From assembly GCA_964579785.1 (NCBI GenBank), contig CAZOIB010000261.1, positions 1 through 45,588 on the forward strand: DNA of 45,588 nucleotides, in the 5' to 3' direction. Below, one piece after another: positions 9,422-18,665 of the stretch. Within the stretch, counting starts at the first letter, position 1. Each line of letters opens with the position of its first letter. Source of the stretch: an uncultured Lysobacter sp. (GTDB lineage: Bacteria; Pseudomonadota; Gammaproteobacteria; Burkholderiales; Usitatibacteraceae). The notes below the pieces were generated by a model that saw only the letters and a list, made by a program, of their open reading frames with translations, ran no database searches and was not told the origin of the DNA. The position numbers were made by a program, and so were the translations under genes.

Positions 9422-10081
9422 ATGAAGCAGCTCCTCCTCGATTTCGCCCACCACCCGGCACCCACCTTCGGGAACTTCGTTCCCGGCCGCAACGTCGAGC
9501 CGCTCGCGGCCGTGCGCGCCGCGCTCGCCGGCATTCCCGAGCGCGTCCTCTACCTCTGGGGCGAGACCGGCTCGGGCAAGACGCACCTGCTGCGCGCCTT
9601 CGCGGCGAGCCGCCCGCAGGCACGCTACGTGAGCGGCGAGGACTACCTCGGCACCGAGTCCGGCGGCGCGCTCGTGGTGGACGATGTCGAGCGCCTCGGC
9701 GAAGCGAAGCAGGTCGCCCTCTTCAATGCATTCAACGAGCGCGCGTTCGAGCTGCTCGTCGTTTCCGCGCATGCGGCGCCGAAGGACGTGGCGCTGCGGC
9801 GCGACCTGGCCACGCGGCTGGCCACGGGGCTCACCTACCGGCTGCTTCCCCTGAGCGACGACGAGAAGAGCGCGGCACTCGCGGCGCACGCCCGCGCGCG
9901 CGGCTTCGTGCTCGGCGGGGAGGTGGCGGCCTACCTCCTCACGCACGCGCGGCGCGACATGCCCTCCCTCATCCAGGCCCTCGACGTCCTCGACCGCTAT
10001 TCCCTGGAGACGGGACGCCCGATCACCGTGCCGCTGCTCAAGGCGGCGCTGCAACCGGAACTGACCGGGCAGGCGCCATGA
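9422..10081 (+). CDS. hda: DnaA regulatory inactivator Hda
   Basis: Track ORF 9308..10081 trimmed to ATG 9422 (MKQLLLDF). Walker A GETGSGKTHLL. About 219 aa, a DnaA-domain-III-like size. Divergent from nadA. Confidence 0.85.
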   Translation: MKQLLLDFAHHPAPTFGNFVPGRNVEPLAAVRAALAGIPERVLYLWGETGSGKTHLLRAFAASRPQARYVSGEDYLGTESGGALVVDDVERLGEAKQVALFNAFNERAFELLVVSAHAAPKDVALRRDLATRLATGLTYRLLPLSDDEKSAALAAHARARGFVLGGEVAAYLLTHARRDMPSLIQALDVLDRYSLETGRPITVPLLKAALQPELTGQAP

Positions 10082-10740
10082 AGCTCGCCCTCTTCGACCT
10101 GGACAACACGCTGCTCGATGGCGACAGCGATTACTGCTGGGCGCAGTACCTCATCGAGCGCGGCATCCTCGAGCGCGGGGAGTACGAGCGCAAGAACGAC
10201 TGGTTCTACCACCACTACAAGCAGGGCACCCTCGACATCCACGACTACCTCGACTTCCAGCTCGCCCCCATCGCCGGCCGGCCGCGCGCGGTGATCGACG
10301 AGTGGCACCGCGAGTTCATGGAAGCCAAGATCCGCCCCATCATCCATGCCGGCACGCCGGCCCTCATCGCATCGCATCGCGACGCGCTCGCGGCCATCGT
10401 CACCGCGACGAACCGCTTCATCACCGAACCCATCGCCCGCGAGCTGGGCGTGGAACACCTCATCGCCTGCGACGTGGAGGAAATGCCCGATGGCCGCCTG
10501 ACCGGACGGCCGACCGGCACGCCCTCGTTCCGCGAGGGCAAGATCACCCGCCTGCACGAGTGGCTCGCCGCCCTCGGCCGGCGCTTCGAGGACTTCGACG
10601 AGACCTGGTTCTACAGCGACTCGCACAACGACCTCCCCCTCCTCGAGCTGGTCTCGAAGCCCGTTGCGGTGGACCCCGATGCCACGCTCGAACGCCACGC
10701 CCGCGAACGCGGCTGGCCCATCCTGAGGTTGCGCGCATGA
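10078..10740 (+). CDS. HAD-IB family hydrolase (phosphoserine-phosphatase-like)
   Basis: Last 220 codons of track ORF 8008..10740. ATG 10078 overlaps the hda stop (ATGA). Motifs FDLDNTLL (DxDxT) and YSDSHNDLPLL. Confidence 0.9.
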   Translation: MKLALFDLDNTLLDGDSDYCWAQYLIERGILERGEYERKNDWFYHHYKQGTLDIHDYLDFQLAPIAGRPRAVIDEWHREFMEAKIRPIIHAGTPALIASHRDALAAIVTATNRFITEPIARELGVEHLIACDVEEMPDGRLTGRPTGTPSFREGKITRLHEWLAALGRRFEDFDETWFYSDSHNDLPLLELVSKPVAVDPDATLERHARERGWPILRLRA

Positions 10741-12128
10741 TCAAGAACTTCATTTCACGGGTATTCGGGGGCGGCGCCAAGCAGGCCGCGCATCCGTCCC
10801 GGCCGGTCGTCTACGGCCCCGACAAGCACCACATCCGCAAGGACCACATCAGCCGCGGCGCGCGCAAGACCTGCGAGGACCTGCAGCGCGCCGGCCACAC
10901 CGCCTTCGTCGTCGGGGGTGCGGTGCGCGACCTCCTGCTGGGCATGCAGCCCAAGGACTTCGACGTGGCCACCAGCGCCCACCCGGACGCAGTGCGTTCC
11001 ATCTTCCGGCGCTCGCGGATCATCGGCCGTCGCTTCCAGATCGTGCACGTCATGTGGGGCGCGGAGACCGTCGAGGTCTCCACCTACCGCGCGCACTTCA
11101 CCGTGAAGGACCCGGAGTCGGACGACGAAGGGGACAAGCAGGACGTCCACGGCCGCGTCCTTTCCGACAACGTCTTCGGCACGCAGGCGGAGGACGCGGT
11201 GCGCCGCGACTTCACCGTGAACGCGCTCTTCTACGATCCGGTGAAGGAGGAGGTCTGGGACTTCCAGCACGGGGTGAAGGACCTGCTGGCGAGAAAGCTC
11301 GTGATGATCGGCGATGCGGCCACGCGCTACCGCGAGGACCCGGTGCGGATGCTGCGCGCGGCACGGCTCTCGGCCAAGCTGGGCTTCGTGATCGAGCCGA
11401 AGACCGCCGCGCCGATCCCGGCGCTCAAGCACCTGCTGGAGAACGTGCCGCAGGCGCGTCTCTTCGAGGAGATCCTGAAGATGCTCCTCTCGGGCAACGC
11501 CGTGGCCTGCGTGTCCCGCCTGCGCGAGCTCGAGCTGCACCACGGCCTGCTGCCGCTCCTGGACGACGCACTCGAGGACCCGCACGCGGGCCCCTTCGCG
11601 CTCGCCGCGCTCAAGGCCACCGACGACCGGCTGCGGGAAGGCAAGCCCGTCCTCCCGGCGTTCCTCCTCGCCGCCCTGCTGTGGGGCCGCGTCGAGCGGC
11701 GCTGGAAGGAGCTGGAGGGCAAGGGCCAGCCGTCCACGCCGTCGCTGCATTCCGCCATGCACGATGCGCTCGACGCGCAGCGCGAGTCGCTCGCGATCCC
11801 GCGCCGCTTCGATGCGACGATGAAGGAACTGTGGCTCATGCAGCCGCGCTTCCTGCAGCGTGGCGGCACGCGTCCCTTCCGCCTCCTCGAGCATCCGCGC
11901 TTCCGCGCCGCGTGGGATTTCTTCGAACTGCGCGCGCGGGCGGGCAACGCGCCGCTCGAGGCTGCCGAGTGGTGGGAGCGCTTCCAGCACGCTTCGGGCG
12001 AGGAGCGCGACCGCATGCTGCATGCCGACGACGGCCCGAGGAAGAAGCGCCGCCGGCGCCGCGGCGGCAAGCGTCGCGAGGACGAAGGCGCTGCGCCCGA
12101 GGAAGTCGCACCCGGCGCGGACGAATGA
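10737..12128 (+). CDS. pcnB: Poly(A) polymerase I
   Basis: Track ORF 10302..12128 trimmed to ATG 10737 (MIKNFISRVF), which overlaps the upstream stop. Nucleotidyltransferase head FVVGGAVRDLLLG..PKDFDV. Arg/Lys-rich C-terminal tail. Confidence 0.92.
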   Translation: MIKNFISRVFGGGAKQAAHPSRPVVYGPDKHHIRKDHISRGARKTCEDLQRAGHTAFVVGGAVRDLLLGMQPKDFDVATSAHPDAVRSIFRRSRIIGRRFQIVHVMWGAETVEVSTYRAHFTVKDPESDDEGDKQDVHGRVLSDNVFGTQAEDAVRRDFTVNALFYDPVKEEVWDFQHGVKDLLARKLVMIGDAATRYREDPVRMLRAARLSAKLGFVIEPKTAAPIPALKHLLENVPQARLFEEILKMLLSGNAVACVSRLRELELHHGLLPLLDDALEDPHAGPFALAALKATDDRLREGKPVLPAFLLAALLWGRVERRWKELEGKGQPSTPSLHSAMHDALDAQRESLAIPRRFDATMKELWLMQPRFLQRGGTRPFRLLEHPRFRAAWDFFELRARAGNAPLEAAEWWERFQHASGEERDRMLHADDGPRKKRRRRRGGKRREDEGAAPEEVAPGADE

Positions 12129-12616
12129 CGGTGCGGGCCGTGATCGCCTTCGGCTCCAATCTCGACGGCCCCGAGGCGCAGGTGCGCCGGGCCTTCGGCG
12201 AGGTGGGAGAGCTCCCCGGCACGCAGCTCGTCGCGCGCTCGGCGCTGTACCGCACGGCGCCGGTGGGATTTGCCGACCAGCCCGCGTTCGTCAATGCCTG
12301 CGCCCTGGTGGAAACCGCGCTCGGCGCGCGTGAACTGCTCACGCGGCTCCTGGCCATCGAGCGCCGCCACGGCCGCGTGCGCGAGGTGCCCAACGGCCCG
12401 CGCACCCTCGACCTCGACATCGTCCTCTACGGCGACGCGGCGCTGCACGAGCCGGGCCTCACCGTTCCGCACCCGCGCGCGCACGAACGCGCCTTCGTCC
12501 TGGCGCCGTTGCTCGAGGTCTGGCCCGATGCCATGATCCCGGGACGCGGACCGGCGGCCGCCTTCCGCGATCGCGTGCGCGACCAGCCGATCGAGAGGCT
12601 TGCGGACAGCCCATGA
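12125..12616 (+). CDS. folK: 2-amino-4-hydroxy-6-hydroxymethyldihydropteridine diphosphokinase (HPPK)
   Basis: Last 163 codons of track ORF 11054..12616. ATG 12125 overlaps the pcnB stop. Motifs AFGSNL, GPRTLDLDIVLYG and VPHPRAHERAFVL. Confidence 0.92.
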   Translation: MTVRAVIAFGSNLDGPEAQVRRAFGEVGELPGTQLVARSALYRTAPVGFADQPAFVNACALVETALGARELLTRLLAIERRHGRVREVPNGPRTLDLDIVLYGDAALHEPGLTVPHPRAHERAFVLAPLLEVWPDAMIPGRGPAAAFRDRVRDQPIERLADSP

Positions 12617-13242
12617 AACACCGCTTCATCGTTGTCGAGGGGCCCATCGGCTGCGGCAAGACGAGCCTCGCGAAGCTGCTGGCCCGGCGGCTCAACGCGA
12701 GCGTGATCCTCGAGGAGCCGGAAGCGAACCCGTTCCTGCCGCTCTTCTACCGCGACATGCGCCGCCACGCGCTCTCCACGCAGCTCTTCTTCCTCTTCCA
12801 GCGCCTGCAGAGCCTCGAGGGGCTGCGCCAGCCCGACCTCTTCGGGCGGCCGACCGTCGCCGACTTCGCCCTGCAGAAGGACCCGCTCTTCGCCCGCCTC
12901 ACGCTCGACGACAACGAGTTCGGCCTGTATTCGCGCATCTACGACCACGTGAAGCCGCAGGCCCCGACCCCGGACCTCGTGATCTACCTGCAGGCGAAGG
13001 TCGAGACGCTGCTCGAACGCCTGCGCCGGCGGGGCAACCCGATGGAGGCGGGGATCGCGGACGACTACCTGCGCGCCCTGTCGGACACCTACACGCGCTA
13101 CTTCTACAACTACGGCGACAGCGCGCTGCTCATCGTCAACAGCGAGCGGTTGAATTTCGTCGACGTGCCCGAGCACTTCGACCTGCTCGTGGAGCGGGTG
13201 CAGTCGATCCGCGGCGGCCGGGAGTTCTTCAACCGCGCCTGA
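12613..13242 (+). CDS. Deoxynucleoside kinase family protein
   Basis: Track ORF, 209 aa. P-loop EGPIGCGKTSLA. The LQAK..LLERLRRRG region is typical of the dNK family. ATGA overlap with folK. Confidence 0.88.
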   Translation: MKHRFIVVEGPIGCGKTSLAKLLARRLNASVILEEPEANPFLPLFYRDMRRHALSTQLFFLFQRLQSLEGLRQPDLFGRPTVADFALQKDPLFARLTLDDNEFGLYSRIYDHVKPQAPTPDLVIYLQAKVETLLERLRRRGNPMEAGIADDYLRALSDTYTRYFYNYGDSALLIVNSERLNFVDVPEHFDLLVERVQSIRGGREFFNRA

Positions 13243-13300
13243 AAAAGGGGCCAGGCTCGATTTTTCGCGATTTTTCGAAAATCGAGCCTGGCCCCTTTTT
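13242..13300. terminator. Bidirectional intrinsic terminator hairpin
   Basis: Perfect 23-bp stem (13242-13264 pairs with 13278-13300) with a GC-rich core GGGGCCAGGCTCGA and a 13-nt loop. It is flanked by A5 on the left and T5 on the right, and begins at the last base of the dNK stop codon (13240-13242). Confidence 0.75.
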
Positions 13301-13365
13301 GCACTTTGCTGCAATGCAGCGAAAGCGTGGCAGAATGCTCGTCCCCGCTCGGTGGAGCCCCGGCC

Positions 13366-14157
13366 ATGAGAGTGACCATCCCGAAGCTGCAGGAACGCGC
13401 GCGAGGCGGCGAAAAGCTCGCCATGCTCACCTGTTACGACGCGAGTTTCGCCGCCCTCTCGGATGCGGCCGGCGTCGACATCCTGTTGATCGGCGATTCC
13501 CTGGGCATGGTGATCCAGGGCCACGACTCGACGCTGCCGGTGACGATGGAGGAGACCGAATACCACGTGCGCGCCGTCGCCCGCGGATCCGCCAGGGCGT
13601 TCGTCCTCGCCGACATGCCCTTCGGCAGCTTCCAGGAGTCGAAGGAGCAGGCCTTCCGCAACGCGGCGCGCCTCATGGCGGCCGGGGCGCAGATGGTGAA
13701 GCTCGAAGGGGGGGCGACGATGGTGGAGACCACCCGCTTCCTGGTGGAGCGCGGCATCCCGGTCTGCGCGCACATCGGCCTCACGCCGCAGTCGGTGCAT
13801 ACCCTCGGCGGCTATCGCGTGCAGGGACGCGACGACGACACCGCCGGGCGCCTGGTGGCGGACGCGAAATCCCTCGAGGCGGCCGGCGCCGCGATGGTGC
13901 TGATGGAGGCGATGCCGGCCGGCGTCGCGAGGCGCGTGACGGAAGCACTCGCCGTGCCCACCATCGGCATCGGCGCGGGCGCGGACGTGTCGGGCCAGGT
14001 GCTGGTGGTCTACGACATCCTCGACATCTACCCCGGCCGCAAGGCGCGCTTCGTGAGGAACTTCATGCAGGGCGCGCCTTCGGTGCAGGCGGCGATCGAG
14101 GCCTACGTGAAGGCGGTCAAGGCGAAGACCTTTCCGGGTCCCGAGCACTGTTTCTGA
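13366..14157 (+). CDS. panB: 3-methyl-2-oxobutanoate hydroxymethyltransferase
   Basis: Track ORF 13306..14157 trimmed to ATG 13366 (MRVTIPKLQ). Motifs [25 protein letters not shown] and IGIGAG. Confidence 0.93.
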   Translation: MRVTIPKLQERARGGEKLAMLTCYDASFAALSDAAGVDILLIGDSLGMVIQGHDSTLPVTMEETEYHVRAVARGSARAFVLADMPFGSFQESKEQAFRNAARLMAAGAQMVKLEGGATMVETTRFLVERGIPVCAHIGLTPQSVHTLGGYRVQGRDDDTAGRLVADAKSLEAAGAAMVLMEAMPAGVARRVTEALAVPTIGIGAGADVSGQVLVVYDILDIYPGRKARFVRNFMQGAPSVQAAIEAYVKAVKAKTFPGPEHCF

Positions 14158-14184
14158 GAGTGATGCGGGCAAGAGTCTTTGGAA

Positions 14185-14223
14185 ACGCCGATGAACGCCG
14201 ATGCCACGCCGATGAACGCCGAT
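14185..14223. repeat. Four direct copies of ACGCCGAT at 10/11/10-nt spacing in the panB-panC spacer
   Basis: Copies at 14185, 14195, 14206 and 14216, read directly from the sequence. Function unknown. Confidence 0.8.
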
Positions 14224-14246
14224 CAATTCCGTGCCGGGACAATGCC

Positions 14247-15077
14247 GTGGATGTGATCCACGCCGTCAAGGAGTTGCGGGCAAGGCTCAAGGGCGAGGAG
14301 TCCATCGTCCTCGTGCCGACGATGGGCAATCTCCATGCCGGGCACCTCGCGCTGGTGAAGGAGGCGCGGAAGCACGGCGCCTGCGTCGTGGCGTCCATCT
14401 TCGTCAATCGCCTGCAGTTCGAGCCGGGCGGGGATTTCGAGCGCTACCCGCGCACGCTCGCGCGCGACTGCGAGATGCTCGCCGGGGCCGGCTGCGACGT
14501 GGTCTTCGCTCCCGACGAGCAGGAGCTCTATCCGCAGCCGCAGGAGATCCTCCTCGTGCCGCCCAAGGCGGCCGCGCAGCTGTGCGGCGAGTTCCGTCCG
14601 GGGCACTTCCTCGGGGTGGTGACGGTGGTCGCGAAACTGTTCAATATTGTTGCACCGCACACAGCCGTTTTCGGACGCAAGGACTACCAGCAGCTCTACG
14701 TCATCCGGGCCCTGGTGCGGCAGATGAACTACCCCATCGCGATCGTCGGGGTGGACACGATACGCGAGCCCGACGGCCTCGCGATGTCGTCGCGGAACGG
14801 CTATCTCTCCTCTGAACAGCGCACCGTTGCGGTGCGTCTCAACAGGAACCTGATGCGGATCAAGAACCTCGTGGAAGGCGGGCGGCGCGATTTCGGTGCG
14901 CTTTGCCAATCCGCAAGCGAGGACTTGACGGCAGCCGGGTGGCGAGTCGATTATGTTGCAGTGCGCAATCAGTCGGAACTGGCCGTTCCGGGCCCCAGGG
15001 ACCGCGATCTGGTGGTCCTGGGCGCGGCGTGGCTGGGCAGCACCCGGCTGATCGACAACGTCGAGATGCGCATCTGA
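14247..15077 (+). CDS. panC: Pantoate--beta-alanine ligase
   Basis: End of track ORF 12600..15077. Proposed GTG start at 14247 ((M)DVIHAVKELR) matches the usual PanC N-terminus; the in-frame ATG at 14163 is an alternative. Motifs PTMGNLHAGHLAL, FGRKDYQQ and MSSRN. Confidence 0.9.
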   Translation: MDVIHAVKELRARLKGEESIVLVPTMGNLHAGHLALVKEARKHGACVVASIFVNRLQFEPGGDFERYPRTLARDCEMLAGAGCDVVFAPDEQELYPQPQEILLVPPKAAAQLCGEFRPGHFLGVVTVVAKLFNIVAPHTAVFGRKDYQQLYVIRALVRQMNYPIAIVGVDTIREPDGLAMSSRNGYLSSEQRTVAVRLNRNLMRIKNLVEGGRRDFGALCQSASEDLTAAGWRVDYVAVRNQSELAVPGPRDRDLVVLGAAWLGSTRLIDNVEMRI

Positions 15078-15171
15078 CCGACCCACCTGGGGCTGCAGCG
15101 GAGTTTTCGAGGACTTGCTCTAAAGAGTCCCGCTAGACTTCACTACGGTCGTTCAATCGGAGACCGAGACA

Positions 15172-15555
15172 ATGCATCGAACCATGCTCAAGTCCAAGCT
15201 GCACCGCGTCACGTGCACGGCCTCGGACGTACACCGCGACGGCTCGTGCGTCATCGACCGGGATCTCCTGGACGCGGCGGACATCCGCGAGTACCAGAGA
15301 ATCGAGATCACCAACATCAACAACGGCGAGCGCTTCGCGACCTATGCCATCGCCGCGCAGCGCGGCTCGGGCACCGTTTCCGTGAACGGGGCGCTCGCGC
15401 ACAAGGCGGCCCGGGGCGACGTGCTGAACATCTCCGCCTACGCCTCCTACGGCGAGCCGGAAGTCGCGCAACACGAGCCCGCGCTCGTTTTCGTCGACGC
15501 GAACAACGCGATCAAGGACAGGCGCGGCGACATGCCGGTGCAGAAAGCCGCCTGA
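15172..15555 (+). CDS. panD: Aspartate 1-decarboxylase
   Basis: Track ORF, 127 aa. N-terminus [12 protein letters not shown]. Self-processing Gly-Ser in DGSCVID. Motif VSVNGALAH. Confidence 0.93.
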   Translation: MHRTMLKSKLHRVTCTASDVHRDGSCVIDRDLLDAADIREYQRIEITNINNGERFATYAIAAQRGSGTVSVNGALAHKAARGDVLNISAYASYGEPEVAQHEPALVFVDANNAIKDRRGDMPVQKAA

Positions 15556-15572
15556 AGGCTCGCGGACAGGAC

Positions 15573-15601
15573 ATGGCCGGCCGGCGACGACCGGCCATTT
15601 T
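15573..15601 (+). terminator. Possible intrinsic terminator after panD
   Basis: ATGGCCGG (15573-15580) pairs with CCGGCCAT (15591-15598), followed by a short T run that overlaps the convergent gene's stop. The short T tract lowers confidence. Confidence 0.45.
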
Positions 15602-16923
15602 CATGGCAGGCCGGCGGACTCCAGCCGCCACAGTTTCCCGACCAGCGCAGCGGCACTCTCCGCCCCGATCACGGGGTCGGCCAGCTCATGGAACTTGGCC
15701 TCGAGATCGGCATCGCTCAGCGGGGCGTCGGGGTCGCCCTTGCGGGTCGGCTGCAGCCAGCTGTCGCGCCCCCCGTCCTGCCACTCGATTTCCACGCGCG
15801 CCGCGCGGCGTCCCGGGAATGCGGCGTCCAGCTCCGCGTCCAGGCTCACCTCGATGCGGTCCATCAGGGCGCGCAGCGCCGGATCCCGGAGCCGATCCGG
15901 GGAGAAGGCATCCAGGCGCACGCTGCCGTGCGCGAGGGCGTGCGCCACGACGTAGGCCAGGCTGAACTTCGCCTGGGCGGCCGTCGCCGCTTCGCGATTG
16001 TTGGCGACGGCCAGCGCTGCCTGGTAGGTGGCCACGCGCACGCGCGCGATGTCGCCGGCCGTCCGCCCCGAGCGAATCATCAGCGCCAGCGCGCCATCGA
16101 TCGCGGCGAACGTGTGCCCGCAGCAGCCGTGGTTCTTGAACGTCATCGTCGACACGTTGAAGACCTGGCCGAGATCGGCGCAGGCCGCGACCCAGTCCGG
16201 ACCATCGCTCATCGCCCGGCCGATGCCGGCCTCCCCGTCGATCGCGTCGAGCGAACCCGTGACGCCCTCGCGCGCCGCGAGGGCCGCCAGCACGCCGGCC
16301 TCGGCCGCGCGCCCGGCGTGCAGCGGCTTGGACATCGAATCCATGCGGAAGGCCTGCTGCAGGCCGGCCGCAAACGTCGTCACCGTCGCCAGTGCGTGGG
16401 CGTACTGCCCGCGCGACAGCCCCAGCAGCAGCCCCGTCGCGGCCGCGGCGCCGAAGCTGCCCACCGTCCCCGTCGTGTGCCAGTGGCGGTAGTGGGTGCG
16501 GCCGAGCGCCTTGCCGATGCGCGTCGAGATCTCGTAGCCGGCGACGACCGCGCGCAGGAAGTCCGCGCCGCTCGCGCCCTCGTTCTGTGCCACGGCGAGG
16601 GCTGCGGCGATGGTCGGCGCGCCGGGATGGTAGATCGCCTCGCGGAAGATGTCGTCGAACTCGACGGTGTGGGACGCGGTGCCGTTGATGAGCGCGGCCG
16701 CCCGCATGGTCGCGGCCCGGCCCAGCGCCAGGCGCGCGTTGCCGCGATCGAGTTCCTCCGCCAGGGCGCGCTCGAGGAGAGTCGCCGGCGCCACGATCGC
16801 CCCGGGAAACAGGGCCGCGTGCCAGTCGACCACCGCGCGCTTGGCGTCGTGGACCACCGGCGCCGCCAGCGGTGCACTGCGCAGTCCGACGGCGAAATCC
16901 GCGAATCGCTCCGTGACGAACAT
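15601..16923 (-). CDS. MmgE/PrpD family protein (2-methylcitrate dehydratase superfamily)
   Basis: Last 440 codons of track ORF 15601..18696(-). ATG 16923 (MFVTERFADFAV). Landmarks INGTASHTVEFDD, HYRHWHTTGT and KNHGCCGHT. Confidence 0.88.
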   Translation of the reverse strand: MFVTERFADFAVGLRSAPLAAPVVHDAKRAVVDWHAALFPGAIVAPATLLERALAEELDRGNARLALGRAATMRAAALINGTASHTVEFDDIFREAIYHPGAPTIAAALAVAQNEGASGADFLRAVVAGYEISTRIGKALGRTHYRHWHTTGTVGSFGAAAATGLLLGLSRGQYAHALATVTTFAAGLQQAFRMDSMSKPLHAGRAAEAGVLAALAAREGVTGSLDAIDGEAGIGRAMSDGPDWVAACADLGQVFNVSTMTFKNHGCCGHTFAAIDGALALMIRSGRTAGDIARVRVATYQAALAVANNREAATAAQAKFSLAYVVAHALAHGSVRLDAFSPDRLRDPALRALMDRIEVSLDAELDAAFPGRRAARVEIEWQDGGRDSWLQPTRKGDPDAPLSDADLEAKFHELADPVIGAESAAALVGKLWRLESAGLP

Positions 16924-16925
16924 GG

Positions 16926-18530
16926 TCAGAACTGCGCCAGGTACTGCGCCGGATCGATGCGCACGCCGACCACCAGCGGCCGGTCGGCCGGGCGCGGTTG
17001 CGACAGCAGGCGCTCGAGCTGCGCGGAAGAATCCGCCACCGCGCCGTCGCAACCCATGGACTGCGCGAGCTTCTCGATGTCGGTCGCCTCGATCAGGGTG
17101 CCCCAGCTCGGATAGTTGCGCTGCGTCTGCTTCAGCTCGATGCGGTTCAGGCTGTTGTCGCAGAAGACGATCACCAGCGGATCGATCTTCAGGCTCGCGG
17201 CCAGGCGCAGCTCCCCCTGCACCATGGCGAGGCCGCCGTCGCCGGTGAAGCACACGACAGGGCGGTCGCGGTGGATCAACTTGGCGGCGATCGCGGCGGG
17301 CAGCGAAAAGCCCATCGACGACAGGCCATTGGTCATCAGCGTGGAGCGTGGCGAATACGTGGCCCATCCCTGGCCGACCAGTATCTTGTGCGAGCCGACG
17401 TCGGCCGTGGCGATCGCCTCGCGCGGCGCGGCGCGGCGCACCGCGTCGATCACGTCCGTCGGGTTGAGGCGGCCTGCGACGCGCCCCTCGTAGTACCGGG
17501 ACATGAGCGCCTCGCGATGGGTGCGAACCTCGCCCACCGTCCAGCGCGGCGCCCCGTCGCAGCCGTCGGCGATCGCGTCGAGGATCGCGGCGATCGGTCC
17601 CACCAGTTCGAGCTCCGCCGGGTAGATCTGGTCGGTGTTGGGCGTCATGTCGACGTGGATCGTCGGCATCTTCAGGCTCCACGGCTTGATCAGCTCCACC
17701 GCGTCGAAGCCCGCCGCGATGAGGAGGTCGCAGCCGGAGAGAAACTCCCACATGAAGGCGTTGCACGCCATGTCCAGCGTGCCGGCGTAGAGCGGGTGGT
17801 CTTCGGAAAGTACGCCCTTGGCCATGGGGGACACCACGACCGGGCAGCCCAGGGTTTCCGCCAGGCGCGCAAGACTGCCGGAGGCGTTGCCGCGCGCGGC
17901 GGCGATGCCGGCGAGCAGCACGGGGCGGCGCGCCGCGCGGATCTTCGCGCGCACGTCGGCGGTGGCCGCGTCCGCGGCGTAGGCGAGCGGGAAAGCCTGC
18001 GCCGCGAGCGGCGGCACGAGCAGTTCGTCGTCGATCGCCTGCGCACCGACCACGTCGGCGGCGAGCGTGATGTGCACCGGGCCCGGCCGCTCCGCCATGG
18101 CGGTGCGCACCGCCTTGCGCAGGATGATCCCGGCCGTGTGCGGCTGGATCGTCGTCGCCCACTTGCAGACCGGGGCGAAGAGCCGCTCCTGGTCGATCAC
18201 CTGGTGGGTGAAGTAGGGCTCGCGCCGGCTCTCGATCTGGCCGGAAATGGCCAGCATGGGGACGCGGTCGAGCCAGGCGTTGGCCACCGCGTTCACGAGG
18301 TTGGTGGAACCGGGCCCGAGCGTGGACAGGCACACGCCCGGCAGCCCCGTGAGCATGCCCGCGGCTTCCGCCATGAGGCCCGCGGTGCCTTCGCGGCGCG
18401 CCAGGATGAAATCGAGGTTCTCGCGGCGGCAGGCTTCGAGCACCTCCACGGATGGATCGCCGGGATAGCCGTAGAGGTGGCGCACGCCCAGCGCGCGCAG
18501 GTAGCGGACCAGGAGCTCGGAGACGTTCAT
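16926..18530 (-). CDS. Thiamine-diphosphate-dependent enzyme (acetolactate-synthase-like large subunit family)
   Basis: Last 534 codons of track ORF 16926..19844(-). ATG 18530 (MNVSELLVRYL). Landmarks LGPGSTNLVNAVANA and the ThDP motif GDGGLAM...CDNSLN. The stop lies 2 nt before the PrpD-family start. Confidence 0.88.
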   Translation of the reverse strand: MNVSELLVRYLRALGVRHLYGYPGDPSVEVLEACRRENLDFILARREGTAGLMAEAAGMLTGLPGVCLSTLGPGSTNLVNAVANAWLDRVPMLAISGQIESRREPYFTHQVIDQERLFAPVCKWATTIQPHTAGIILRKAVRTAMAERPGPVHITLAADVVGAQAIDDELLVPPLAAQAFPLAYAADAATADVRAKIRAARRPVLLAGIAAARGNASGSLARLAETLGCPVVVSPMAKGVLSEDHPLYAGTLDMACNAFMWEFLSGCDLLIAAGFDAVELIKPWSLKMPTIHVDMTPNTDQIYPAELELVGPIAAILDAIADGCDGAPRWTVGEVRTHREALMSRYYEGRVAGRLNPTDVIDAVRRAAPREAIATADVGSHKILVGQGWATYSPRSTLMTNGLSSMGFSLPAAIAAKLIHRDRPVVCFTGDGGLAMVQGELRLAASLKIDPLVIVFCDNSLNRIELKQTQRNYPSWGTLIEATDIEKLAQSMGCDGAVADSSAQLERLLSQPRPADRPLVVGVRIDPAQYLAQF

Positions 18531-18619
18531 GACGTTGCAGACCTCGTGTTGGTGCCGTATGCGGGGCGCGCCATCGGCCAGGAGCACGAATGCGCCCGCC
18601 GGAAAATGTAGCAGACCGG

Positions 18620-18635
18620 GTATACGGTTGTATAC
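18620..18635. promoter_or_regulatory. GTATAC-N4-GTATAC element in a divergent promoter region
   Basis: Two copies of the self-complementary hexamer GTATAC, 10 nt apart centre to centre, in the 135-nt gap between divergent starts at 18530(-) and 18666(+). This stretch is the AT-richest in the gap. Confidence 0.3.
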
Positions 18636-18665
18636 AAGAGTGCCGCGGAGGTATGATCCCCGGCC

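Noticed and set aside
8008-10077. N-terminal 690 codons of the 910-aa + ORF 8008..10740
   Set aside because: Only the last 220 codons (from ATG 10078) form the HAD hydrolase. The upstream part runs antisense through nadA and out of frame through hda, and it looks like junk.
12427-14226. 599-aa minus ORF
   Set aside because: It is antisense to the folK 3' end, the deoxynucleoside kinase and panB, all of which have strong family motifs. It also reads straight through a 23-bp terminator hairpin.
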